A stretch of DNA of 64,000 bases from the NCBI GenBank assembly GCA_963842085.1, contig CAWJET010000001.1, positions 1,280,001 to 1,344,000 on the forward strand, given 5' to 3'. Shown here in pieces: positions 10,837 through 19,629 of the stretch. This stretch comes from an uncultured delta proteobacterium. GTDB taxonomy: Bacteria; Desulfobacterota; Binatia; Binatales; Binataceae. Position numbers and translations under genes: made by a program. Under the pieces are notes generated by a model that was given only the letters and a program-made list of their open reading frames with translations, ran no database searches and was not told where the DNA came from. How positions within the stretch are numbered: the stretch's first letter is position 1; each line of letters starts with the position of its first letter.

Positions 10837-12654
10837 CTAACCGCCAAATGGTAATGGTCCAAGATGTTCCGCGACTGGACCGAGTGCGGCTACAGGCAAG
10901 AACAACAAGGCGCCGACTATTGCGATCGTTCCAACCAGCAAGCATCCGAAAGTGAAAGTATCGTCGCGCAGGGTCCCTAAGCCGAAGGGCGTGGTCTTTT
11001 TCATTCCAAGGAAACCAGCCATCGCGATCGGCGCCAAAATCGGCAAGAAGCGGCCGAGCATGATGACTATTCCCGCCGCTATGTCCCAAGGAACAGCTTC
11101 GGGCGCGGCGTTTGGATTGTTATTCAGCCCGTAGGTGACGCCCAGGCCATCGAATGCGGAGCCGTTGTTAGCTGAGTCCGATGAGAATTGGTAAACGATC
11201 TGCGAAAATCCGTGCGATCCCGGATTGCTCTCAGCTTTTATTCCCCAGTTTGTTGCGGAAAATAATCCCGCGGGGAAGAGAATGACCAGCGGATGCACCA
11301 GCAGCGCAATCAACGCCAGTTTTACTTCGCGCGCACCGATCTTCTTTCCCAGGTACTCAGGCGTTCGACCAACCATCTGCCCAACTACGAAGATGCCGAT
11401 GATGAGAAAGAGCAGCATGTTGATCATGCCGACGCCTTTGCCACCGTAGATGCAGTTCACCCACATCCCAAAGAAGGGCGACAACGCCGCCATCGGATTA
11501 AGACTGTCGTGCTCACAGATAATTGCGCCGCAGGTGAAATCCACCGTGGCGGCCGCAAACGTCGAGCCCGCTGAAGTCCCGAAGCGCAACTCTTTGCCCT
11601 CCAGGTTGCCCAGATGCTGATCGACAGGCAGGCCCGCCACAGCTGGCAGAGTAATGTCGCGCTTACCGCCGGGCGCAGTAGCGCTTGCGATCGAGAACGT
11701 TCTACTTTGCGGGTGGGCTGTAAGCCCTGGGTTAGGCTTTAGAGTGTCGAAGTAGATTGACCAGAGAATCGTGCCCGCAAGCAGGGCAAACATCACCGAG
11801 AATATGACGAGCGAATGGCGCCGTCGACGGAGCATGATGCCGTACATCCACACCAACGCCATCGGAAACCACATCATCGACGATGTCGTAATGAAATTCG
11901 ACGCGGCGTCCGGATTTTCAAACGGATGCGCTGAATTCATTCCGAAGAATCCACCTCCGTTCGTTCCCAGCATCTTCATTGGAACAAAGGCAGCCAGGGG
12001 ACCAGTCACAATGGTTTGCTGTTTGGGCTGATTGTTGTTGTCCGTACCCATCGCGGCAGGTTCGAGCGTGTTCACCTGGTAGTCGCTCTGGTAGGTCATC
12101 GGCATGCCTTGAACCAAAAAGACCATGCTGAGGATGAAGACCGCAGGCAGGAATGTGTAGAACACAACACGCCACATATCCTGGAAAAAGTTGCCGACAT
12201 GCTCATCGCTGCGAAAAGCTCGAATGATTGCGGTCAGGGCGCAAAACCCAATCGCGGCCGAAAGAAAGAACATCGGAAGACAGAAGAATATCTGACTGAA
12301 ATTCGAGAACGACTGATCGCCCGAATAGTGTTGAATGTCGGTGTTGGTACTGAACGATATGACCGTGTTGAAAATGGTGGTCGGCGAAAGTGCTCCGAGG
12401 CCTCGTGGGTTCAGGGGAGCCCACGGCTGAACCACCAGGACGAGATATCCGAAAGCGTAAAGAACGGTATTGAATACGAGCAGAGAGACTGCATACTGCT
12501 TCCAGTTCTGCGGTCCGCTGCTAACCCGGTCCTCACACCACTTAAATAGCAGTGGAGGACGGTAACGTCCGTCCATGATCCACGCGAGATACTTGCCCAG
12601 CGGATAGGAAACAGCAACGCTGAAAATGAGAACCGTGATAGGCAAAGACCACAT
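10837..12654 (-). CDS. kdpA: K+-transporting ATPase subunit A, divergent (operon 1)
   Basis: TNTDIQ, GTNGGG, FTCGA, NNGSAF, GRTPEYLGKK. Confidence 0.96.
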   Translation of the reverse strand: MWSLPITVLIFSVAVSYPLGKYLAWIMDGRYRPPLLFKWCEDRVSSGPQNWKQYAVSLLVFNTVLYAFGYLVLVVQPWAPLNPRGLGALSPTTIFNTVISFSTNTDIQHYSGDQSFSNFSQIFFCLPMFFLSAAIGFCALTAIIRAFRSDEHVGNFFQDMWRVVFYTFLPAVFILSMVFLVQGMPMTYQSDYQVNTLEPAAMGTDNNNQPKQQTIVTGPLAAFVPMKMLGTNGGGFFGMNSAHPFENPDAASNFITTSSMMWFPMALVWMYGIMLRRRRHSLVIFSVMFALLAGTILWSIYFDTLKPNPGLTAHPQSRTFSIASATAPGGKRDITLPAVAGLPVDQHLGNLEGKELRFGTSAGSTFAAATVDFTCGAIICEHDSLNPMAALSPFFGMWVNCIYGGKGVGMINMLLFLIIGIFVVGQMVGRTPEYLGKKIGAREVKLALIALLVHPLVILFPAGLFSATNWGIKAESNPGSHGFSQIVYQFSSDSANNGSAFDGLGVTYGLNNNPNAAPEAVPWDIAAGIVIMLGRFLPILAPIAMAGFLGMKKTTPFGLGTLRDDTFTFGCLLVGTIAIVGALLFLPVAALGPVAEHLGPLPFGG

Positions 12655-12696
12655 TCGCTTTCCGTCCTATTTGAGTGACTTCAGAAGTGAAAGTTG

Positions 12697-12777
12697 CTAA
12701 AACCATTCGGGCCGAACCATCGCAGCGACCAGATACCCGAACACGAAGACTGCAACGACAGCTGTGACGTAAATCAT
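12697..12777 (-). CDS. kdpF: KdpF small subunit (26 aa)
   Basis: Hand translation MIYVTAVVAVFVFGYLVAAMVRPEWF. Confidence 0.9.
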   Translation of the reverse strand: MIYVTAVVAVFVFGYLVAAMVRPEWF

Positions 12778-12787
12778 GACACCCAAC

Positions 12788-12883
12788 CTAAATATTTTCG
12801 CAACCGATCAAGAACAGATAGCAGAGACCCAGACCTGCAAGCCCGAGCACAAACGTCGCTGGCAGCCAAATCCAAAGATTCAT
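12788..12883 (-). CDS. Small membrane peptide upstream of kdpF (KdpZ-like, 31 aa)
   Basis: MNLWIWLPATFVLGLAGLGLCYLFLIGCENI with GGAGG RBS; ends GCExx like 7101-7184. Confidence 0.8.
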   Translation of the reverse strand: MNLWIWLPATFVLGLAGLGLCYLFLIGCENI

Positions 12884-12974
12884 GACACCCTCCAATCGAG
12901 AAACGGGCCACCTCGCGGTGTGCTGCCTGAATGACAACCGACCAAGCGATGCAGCCTGAACACAACGACGAGGT

Positions 12975-12990
12975 AGCAACTTCGGTGCTT
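12975..12990 (-). promoter_or_regulatory. Imperfect sigma54-like box upstream of kdp operon 1
   Basis: AAGCACCGAAGTTGCT; AG replaces the conserved -24 GG. Confidence 0.35.
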
Positions 12991-13098
12991 ACTGAAAAAG
13001 TGAGTAACGACGCCGACTTTTAAAATGTGAAAAGTACAGGATGCTCAGGGCAAGTCGAGCAAGTGCTGAAGTATGGATCACTCTTCAGGGTCGCTGGG

Positions 13099-13111
13099 TT
13101 TCATAATGAAA
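13099..13111. promoter_or_regulatory. Putative activator binding palindrome
   Basis: TTTCATAATGAAA. Confidence 0.6.
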
Positions 13112-13252
13112 ATCGGATTGGGGCAGATCTTGACGAAGGTCTAGTTGTTCGCGAAGGGCGATTGGTCTGCGTAATTCCGCATGCTGTTCTGAGGAGTCCC
13201 CGGCTCTAGGAAGGCCGCGCCCCGATACTGAAGGGCGAATTGAACGCTGATA

Positions 13253-13265
13253 TTTCAATATGAAA
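13253..13265. promoter_or_regulatory. Putative activator binding palindrome
   Basis: TTTCAATATGAAA. Confidence 0.6.
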
Positions 13266-13352
13266 AGACTCCTGCCCGGCGGTGCGGATGCGCCTGTGGC
13301 AAAAGGCAATTGAATCCATATGAACAGCCGGGTTTTCCCCCGAGTGCCTCTG

Positions 13353-13368
13353 TGGCGCGGTAATTGCT
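13353..13368 (+). promoter_or_regulatory. Sigma54 -24/-12 promoter of USP-antiporter unit
   Basis: TGGCGCGGTAATTGCT (GG-N10-GC). Confidence 0.7.
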
Positions 13369-13405
13369 GATCCTTATTTCCAGCGGAGGACACGGCATAC
13401 ACCAT

Positions 13406-13912
13406 ATGGATGAAGACACACCGCAGATTCTGGTTCCAATCGACTTTTCCTCCGATTCGCAGCCGGCGCTGGAATATGCCGTTGGCTTGGCCCGGAGACA
13501 ATTCTCTGAAATCGTCTTGATCCATGTGGTCGAATCTTTACCGCACGGGGTCTATCAGTGGTGCGATCCTTCAGACCTGCATGACCAACTTGCGAAAAAC
13601 GCAAGGCGTCACCTTGAATGTTTCGAGAAACGAGCGCTCGATCTATATCCGCACTGCAGGAGCGAGGTTCATTTCGGAGCGCCCGCACAAGCGATTGCGA
13701 CGCGCGCAAGCACCCTCAAGGCAAAAATGATCGTCGTATCTGTTCGCCGCCGAACCGGCATTTTCGACAGATTGCTCGAAGGATTGCCTGAGAAACTATT
13801 GCGCCTCGCGCCCTGTCCCGTGCTCGCAGTCCAATCCGCTGCGAGCGACCGCCGAACCACCTTAGCTTCCAGCCATCCTCAAGATACCCTGAACTGTCTC
13901 AGTCTTTTTTAG
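13406..13912 (+). CDS. Universal stress protein
   Basis: ILVPIDFSSDS..ALEYA, LIHVV, LLRLAPCPVLAV. Confidence 0.9.
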   Translation: MDEDTPQILVPIDFSSDSQPALEYAVGLARRQFSEIVLIHVVESLPHGVYQWCDPSDLHDQLAKNARRHLECFEKRALDLYPHCRSEVHFGAPAQAIATRASTLKAKMIVVSVRRRTGIFDRLLEGLPEKLLRLAPCPVLAVQSAASDRRTTLASSHPQDTLNCLSLF

Positions 13913-14014
13913 TCCACCGGTCCGCAAGGTTGGTTGCGTTCGACAGTGACGGCTTATAGCTACTGTGGCAACTGTATCGGACTGCGTCTTTAAAAGATCC
14001 GATTTTTAAATCGA

Positions 14015-16573
14015 ATGGATCTTCAAGTCATCCTGTTGTTGCTGGCCGGGCTATTGATCGCAGTTGCATTCAGTCAGCCACTGGCCGATCGACTCGGGCT
14101 GTCACCGTCCGTCCTGTTGGCCTTGGTCGGGATAGTGATTGGACTGACTTCGATCCTTCTGACACACACTGGGCTAATCGCGTTTACCTCGATGGCAAAC
14201 GTGATCGTCAATCTGCCGTTTCACTCAGAAGCGTTCCTGTACATTTTCCTGCCTATGCTGGTGTTCGAGGCGGGCTTGAACATCGAAGTGCGGCGCATAG
14301 TAGAAGATGCGGCGCCAATTCTCCTGCTCGCAGTGGTCGCGGTTCTGGTCGCGACCGTCTTCATCGGCGTGGCGCTGACGCCGCTGGCAAAAGTTCCGAC
14401 CGTCGCCTGTTTCATGCTCGGCTCGATTGTGGCGACCACTGATCCAGTCGCCGTAATCGCAATCTTCCGCGATGTGGGAGCGCCCTCGCGGCTGAGTCGG
14501 CTGGTCGAAGGCGAGAGCCTTCTCAACGACGCTGCGGCTATTACGCTGTTCGTGATGCTGCTGCAGAGCCTGATCGGCGGGCAACCGCTCGGTCTCGGCG
14601 CCGCACTTGTCTCGTTCACGCGCAGCTTCGTGGGCGGCATGATCGTCGGATACATCGGCGCGCGGGCGCTCATCGGTATGCTGCGATGGCTGCTCGATCT
14701 GCGCCTCGCACAAGTGACTGTCACGCTTGCGCTGCCATATATTGTTTATATTGTTGCTGAGCGCGAACTGGGAGTTTCTGGAGTAGTGGCGACTCTTACC
14801 TCGGGGCTGGTCATGAGTGCCACCGGGCAGCGGCGCATGGCGCCTGACGATTGGCATTTTCTGCGCGAGATTTGGGAGCAACTCGCATTCTGGGCGAGCT
14901 CGCTGATTTTTTTGCTGGCTTCTTTGCTCGTCCCGCGAATGCTGCTCAATGCCGATTGGCACGACATAACGCTGCTCGGCGTGTTGATTGGAGCGGCGTT
15001 CGTCGCGCGGGCGCTGGTCGTGTTCGGCTTGCTCCCGCTGATGAGCTGGCTCGGTCTGAGCCCGGCAATCGACAATCGCTTCAAGGCCGTGATTGTGTGG
15101 GGCGGGTTGCGCGGCGGATTGACGCTGGTGCTGGCGCTTTCCGTGACGGAGAATCACGGTATTGCGCCGGAGGTACAGCGGTTCGTCGCGACACTCGCGA
15201 CAGGCTTTGTCGTATTCACCCTTCTCGTCAACGGCACGACCCTGCGCTTTCTGCTTCGTCTGGTGGGGCTTGACCGACTCTCCAGCGTCGACCGGGCGCT
15301 GCGCGATCAAGTGCTCAGACTGTCGCGAGCTCGAGTTGCTGACGCCGTTCATAAGATCGGCAACGGATATGAATTTTCCGAAGGTCTGATTTCCGAAGTC
15401 ACTCGCGAGTTGGCCGCTGGGGCAACCGCAGCGAGCAGCACTGCATCGAGCGTAAGCGACGACGACGCCCATCAGCTCCTGCTCGGGCTGGTCGCGCTGG
15501 CGAACCACGAACGCGAGCTCGTCCTGGGGCACTTTGCTGAACGCACCATCTCCGGACACATCGTCGAAGAGATGCTGGTTGGCGCAGGACGCCTGATCGA
15601 TCACAGTCGCACCGGCGACCCGGCCGAATATCTCCGCGTCGCGCAGGAGATGGTCGATTTCTCGCGATGGTTTCGATTCACCCACTGGCTGCATCGTAGT
15701 CTCAGGATCGAAGCGCTCCTGGTCGATCGCCTGGCGGAACGGTTCGAGTCGCTGTTGGTCCAGCAGATCATACTCAGAGAGCTGGAGAAGTACCTGGAAG
15801 AAAAGTTGGTTCCACTGGTCGGTGCGAAGCTGGGCTTGAGGTTGCGCGAGGTGATGCGTGGGCGTCGCGAGATGACCAGCACGGCGTTGGAGGCATTGCG
15901 TCAGCAATACCCGTCCTATGCCGAGAACCTCGAGCGCCGCATCTTAAACCGCACATGGCTTCGGCGTGAAGACATGGAGTACCGTTCCTTGTTCGAAGAG
16001 GGAGTCATTGGCCCCGAGCTTTACAGCGACCTGCGCCGAAAAGTGCAGCTGAGTCGATCCGAAGTCGAGGTCCGACCGCGCCTCGATCTTGGGCTCGAGA
16101 CCAGGGAGCTCGTGGCCAAGGTACCGATGTTTGCAAAACTGAGCGAGACCCAACTTGATATTATCGCGCGCAAGCTGAAACCCCAGTTTGCCATCCCGGG
16201 GGAGCGGCTCATTCGCGACGGCGACCGCGCCGACGCTATGTACTTCATCTCGTCTGGAAAGGTAGATGTCGAGGTTGTGGGGCAGACGATTCATCTGAAG
16301 CCGGGCGACTTCTTCGGTGAGATGGGACTTGTGACCGGCCAGCGCCGGCGCGGTGACGTTTACGCGCGCAGCTATTGCCACCTCCTCGTCCTGAGAGACA
16401 CGGACTTCAACAATGTGCGGCGAAGCGACAAGTCGCTCGAAGCACAAATCGAAGCCGTAGCGAGTGCTCGTATTGCGATGAACCAGCAAGCGACCGACAA
16501 GTTAGCGGATAGGCCGGAATCTCCGGATGAGACAACACCTTCAGGAGAATTTCGTCGGAACTCAGATTCCTGA
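14015..16573 (+). CDS. CPA1 (NhaP-type) cation/H+ antiporter with C-terminal cNMP-binding domain
   Basis: ATTDPVAV, EGESLLNDA, WGGLRG; C-terminal GDFFGEMGL...RRGDV. Confidence 0.92.
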   Translation: MDLQVILLLLAGLLIAVAFSQPLADRLGLSPSVLLALVGIVIGLTSILLTHTGLIAFTSMANVIVNLPFHSEAFLYIFLPMLVFEAGLNIEVRRIVEDAAPILLLAVVAVLVATVFIGVALTPLAKVPTVACFMLGSIVATTDPVAVIAIFRDVGAPSRLSRLVEGESLLNDAAAITLFVMLLQSLIGGQPLGLGAALVSFTRSFVGGMIVGYIGARALIGMLRWLLDLRLAQVTVTLALPYIVYIVAERELGVSGVVATLTSGLVMSATGQRRMAPDDWHFLREIWEQLAFWASSLIFLLASLLVPRMLLNADWHDITLLGVLIGAAFVARALVVFGLLPLMSWLGLSPAIDNRFKAVIVWGGLRGGLTLVLALSVTENHGIAPEVQRFVATLATGFVVFTLLVNGTTLRFLLRLVGLDRLSSVDRALRDQVLRLSRARVADAVHKIGNGYEFSEGLISEVTRELAAGATAASSTASSVSDDDAHQLLLGLVALANHERELVLGHFAERTISGHIVEEMLVGAGRLIDHSRTGDPAEYLRVAQEMVDFSRWFRFTHWLHRSLRIEALLVDRLAERFESLLVQQIILRELEKYLEEKLVPLVGAKLGLRLREVMRGRREMTSTALEALRQQYPSYAENLERRILNRTWLRREDMEYRSLFEEGVIGPELYSDLRRKVQLSRSEVEVRPRLDLGLETRELVAKVPMFAKLSETQLDIIARKLKPQFAIPGERLIRDGDRADAMYFISSGKVDVEVVGQTIHLKPGDFFGEMGLVTGQRRRGDVYARSYCHLLVLRDTDFNNVRRSDKSLEAQIEAVASARIAMNQQATDKLADRPESPDETTPSGEFRRNSDS

Positions 16574-16731
16574 TCGCGCGTGATTGAGCCGCTGTGTGCA
16601 GCGACGCGAATTGATGGTCTTCACTACAAGCTGCTCAGACTCCCGCCGGCTCCCAATCCCCTCTTTTGTGTCCGCCAAGCTAAGAGCTTCGAATGCGAAG
16701 CCTTGAGGTATGGCTCTGCGATCCGCCACTC

Positions 16732-16768
16732 ATTTCAAAATGAAATACTGCCGCTATTCAAAAGGAAA
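16732..16768. promoter_or_regulatory. Tandem putative activator sites
   Basis: ATTTCAAAATGAAAT plus weaker ATTCAAAAGGAAA 23 bp later. Confidence 0.65.
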
Positions 16769-16821
16769 TCTTCTGAACGCATAGCCAGGCGGTAACCCAA
16801 TCAAATCGCGGTGTTTTTCGA

Positions 16822-16837
16822 CGGCACACCCTATGCA
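16822..16837 (+). promoter_or_regulatory. Sigma54 -24/-12 promoter of PII-like gene
   Basis: CGGCACACCCTATGCA (GG-N10-GC). Confidence 0.7.
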
Positions 16838-16898
16838 ATTGAATCCAGGAAATACTGCTGCCGCTTTTCGGATGCGGCGGCCGTCGCTGGGAGAAATC

Positions 16899-17255
16899 GT
16901 GAAGCGAATTGAATTAGTAATAGAACCTTCTGCGCTTGGCCGTTTCATAGAGACCGCGCGAGCGATGAATTTGTCCGATTTCGATGTCACCGAAGTTCGC
17001 CGCTCTCCTTCGCGCGATCGGCGAGAGCGCCAGCGACTATATCGAGGTCAGACGTTTATGGTCGATCTGGAAGAGAAGATCAAAATCGACATCAACGCAG
17101 CCGACGAAGCAGCGAGCAGAACGGCGCACGCGTTGGTTGCGAGAGTCAATCCGGAGAGCGTCGCGATTCTTAGGCTCGACCAGGCAAATCTGTTCGACGA
17201 TTCCGAGCGGGTCAGAGTTAGCGCGCTATCGCGCGAAAACGTCGCTGCAGCGTAA
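16899..17255 (+). CDS. Divergent PII-like (GlnB fold) protein
   Basis: GTG start after GGAGA; MKRIELVIEP...VTEV...LYRG...KIKIDI parallels GlnB. Confidence 0.75.
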   Translation: MKRIELVIEPSALGRFIETARAMNLSDFDVTEVRRSPSRDRRERQRLYRGQTFMVDLEEKIKIDINAADEAASRTAHALVARVNPESVAILRLDQANLFDDSERVRVSALSRENVAAA

Positions 17256-17358
17256 TAACCTCAGAAGGACGCCTGTCGATCCGCGGCATCACCATGATTT
17301 TTAACCTTCGGAGGCTCGCTGCTCGGCCAGGATCTGGTTGGTCGCGAGGGCCAGTTAG

Positions 17359-17493
17359 ATGCCAGTTGTTCTCATAATATTGACGGTTTTGATCGCAGTC
17401 GCTCTCTACTTCGATCGTGGAGAGACGCATGGCGATACAAAAGATGACCGGAAACGGACGCACCATGCAAACATGGTGCATCCTCCGCGCTGA
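17359..17493 (+). CDS. Small single-pass membrane peptide (44 aa)
   Basis: MPVVLIILTVLIAVALYFDRGETHGDTKDDRKRTHHANMVHPPR; GAGG upstream. Confidence 0.45.
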   Translation: MPVVLIILTVLIAVALYFDRGETHGDTKDDRKRTHHANMVHPPR

Positions 17494-17516
17494 TCTGTCC
17501 GCAATTTCTCCACACT

Positions 17517-18074
17517 ATGAAGCCAAACCCGATAGTTCAGTCTCTTTTCACAGGAGGCGTTCCCGGCTCCAAGGTGGATGGGATCTCACTCATCCAATTG
17601 CATCCGCTTGACCCATATACGCTTATCAATACTGAGGCGTCGGATCCTCCTGTAGTACCACCGAAAACCGAAAGGATTCCTTCGCCGGCAACTCGGCGAT
17701 ATTCGAGCCGAATCCGGAAAAGACCGGCCTTCACCGCCGAAGAAACCCGGCACCATTTCGCGATTGAAGCACTTGATAAATCAGGACCGTTCCGACCGCA
17801 GCCATACTTGTACACCTGCGTACGCTGCAGGTGGATCTTTCGCGTCAATGATTCAAGCGGATCCGTCATCGCTCTGGACGGGTTGGGCCGGCGTTTGCCC
17901 GAGCCCGAAAATGCAAAGCGAGCGGTGACCTTTCATCGAGGACCATGTCCTGCGTTTCCAATACTCGAGTACTCGGTCGCGGAGCCTCAGCGCGAGAATA
18001 GCTTTGGCTACCTGTCCAAATTGGTTGATGCGCTCCGCAGCCTCACGCAATTGGGCAGGTATCGCAGGGCATGA
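17517..18074 (+). CDS. Hypothetical protein with CxxC...HxxxC possible metal site
   Basis: YTCVRCRW and FHRGPCP; start uncertain. Confidence 0.55.
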   Translation: MKPNPIVQSLFTGGVPGSKVDGISLIQLHPLDPYTLINTEASDPPVVPPKTERIPSPATRRYSSRIRKRPAFTAEETRHHFAIEALDKSGPFRPQPYLYTCVRCRWIFRVNDSSGSVIALDGLGRRLPEPENAKRAVTFHRGPCPAFPILEYSVAEPQRENSFGYLSKLVDALRSLTQLGRYRRA

Positions 18075-18184
18075 ATGATATCTGAGACCTGGCAGCTTTC
18101 TCAGCTGTCGACGAATACTCCGTAGCTCTGCGCCCTTGGCGCTCTTGATCTGCGGTTGCTTGGCTCCAACTGTTCGTTAGCGGA

Positions 18185-18222
18185 CATTTCATTTTGAAAT
18201 GCCTCGACGCTTCGATTTGAAA
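18185..18222. promoter_or_regulatory. Tandem putative activator sites
   Basis: CATTTCATTTTGAAATG plus weaker CTTCGATTTGAAA 23 bp later. Confidence 0.65.
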
Positions 18223-18258
18223 CCTTCCTAAACGACCGGACAGAAAAACCGTTGCTAG

Positions 18259-19183
18259 GTGGGGCGCGCGGCGGCGGCACGCTTGATGCTTTTTCAGGGC
18301 GTGGCCTCCTCTATCTCACCCGGCTCAAGGCGGCGCGCCAACTCAATTGGTCAGCCAGATCTGAGACTGGTCTCGAGTGGTGGCGTAAACGACCTCGCAG
18401 TCGCGGCAAAGACAGCGGTGATCGCCTGTCTCACTGGCGGCAGTTGCGACAACGGCAAGGTGCTTCATAAAGCCTCGGCCGCCGCTCGCGAACGTGACGG
18501 CGCGTTCTACGCAGTCCTGATCGATTCGCCACGCAACCGATTTGGAAAGGCACAGGTTCGCACCCTGATCGAGGACGCGATCCTTGCCAGATCCTTTGGC
18601 GCGAAAATCGTCTGGTTCGATACGTCCGACCTGGTGGGCGAATTGCTCCAATTCGCGCAAAAAGCACGCATTGGCACGATCTTCGTTAGTCGAGGACGGA
18701 CAACTCGTTTCTCTGGACTATTTCGACGAACGGTGAGCCGCGACCTATTGCGCCGCGCCAAGGGCATTCGCATCGACGTTGTCGGATTTGAACGCGGAAA
18801 ATGGCCATACGCGAGACTGACGTTGGACGAAGAACGCGAAGATCTGAAGGATGCGTCATCGGCGCTGCTCCGTTATCGATGGCCAGGGAATATCCGCGAG
18901 TTGCGCAACGTCATCGAGCGCGCAGTCGGCTTGTGCACAGGTGACGTAGTCAGCCCTGAGCATCTGCCGGATGTCCTCAGCAATGATCGTTCTCAAGCCG
19001 TCGGAGCGACCCAAGCCACCTTCGAGCCTCGACGATATCAAGAGCGAACACATCATCCGCGTGATGGCTGAGTGTCCGACCTTAGAAAGCGCCGCGCACA
19101 AACTGGGCATCAATGTCACGACTCTGTGGCGCCGCCGAAAACGCTATGGACTTGATTCAGCTCACAACCTCCCTGGAGGTTAG
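18259..19183 (+). pseudogene. KdpD-type USP domain joined to an activator AAA+ lid fragment and frameshifted Fis HTH
   Basis: VIACLT...ARSFGAKIV...LLQFAQ...LLRRAKGIRIDVV, then WPGNIRELRNVIERAV; HTH continues in another frame (18971-19183). True start probably downstream of 18300. Confidence 0.7.
18275..18290 (+). promoter_or_regulatory. Sigma54 -24/-12 promoter
   Basis: CGGCACGCTTGATGCT (GG-N10-GC). Confidence 0.7.
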
Positions 19184-19469
19184 CGGCCTCGAGCAACCGT
19201 CTCGGTGCTGAAAACTACGGACGGGGAGACCGTTCGGGAGCACCGTCGCCCCCGCGAACCAGTGCAGAGTCAGGGATTTCGACGCGCTAGCAGTCGCGCA
19301 CAGCCGGGCGCTCGCGAAGCGGAGCGCCGACATTGGGCGCGATCCGCAGAAAGCCGAGGAGCAGGTCTGCCGGGATCGTATATGAAAAAAATGCAGGCTA
19401 GAGGGTTTTCGCCTCGTCGTGGTGCGGACAGGGGTTCCAATGGCAATGCGTTTCACGGCCGCCGTGGCA

Positions 19470-19590
19470 TTCAAACCGCTGTGAATAGTGTATCGGCCAA
19501 CGCCTAGAATCTCGGCGGCCCGGACCTTGTTGCCGCCCGCGTATTCGACCATGCGCCAAATGAGTTCGCGACTGACCTCTCGCCGCGAGA
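19470..19590 (-). pseudogene. Remnant of a Fis-type HTH of another activator
   Basis: EVSRELIWRMVEYAGGNKVRAAEILGVGRYTI; boundaries approximate. Confidence 0.6.
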
Positions 19591-19614
19591 GGCTTACCTA
19601 TCCTTCGCTCCTAT

Positions 19615-19624
19615 GCTACATAGC
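19615..19624. promoter_or_regulatory. Putative XRE operator
   Basis: GCTACATAGC 5 bp before the XRE ATG; recurs at 20682 and 27680. Confidence 0.55.
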
Positions 19625-19629
19625 TTATC

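Noticed and set aside
14225-15907. Long antisense ORFs here and at 26092-27219, 35220-36566, 40706-41902, 52135-53496, 57483-58664
   Set aside because: Shadows of well-supported genes on GC-rich DNA with no recognisable motifs
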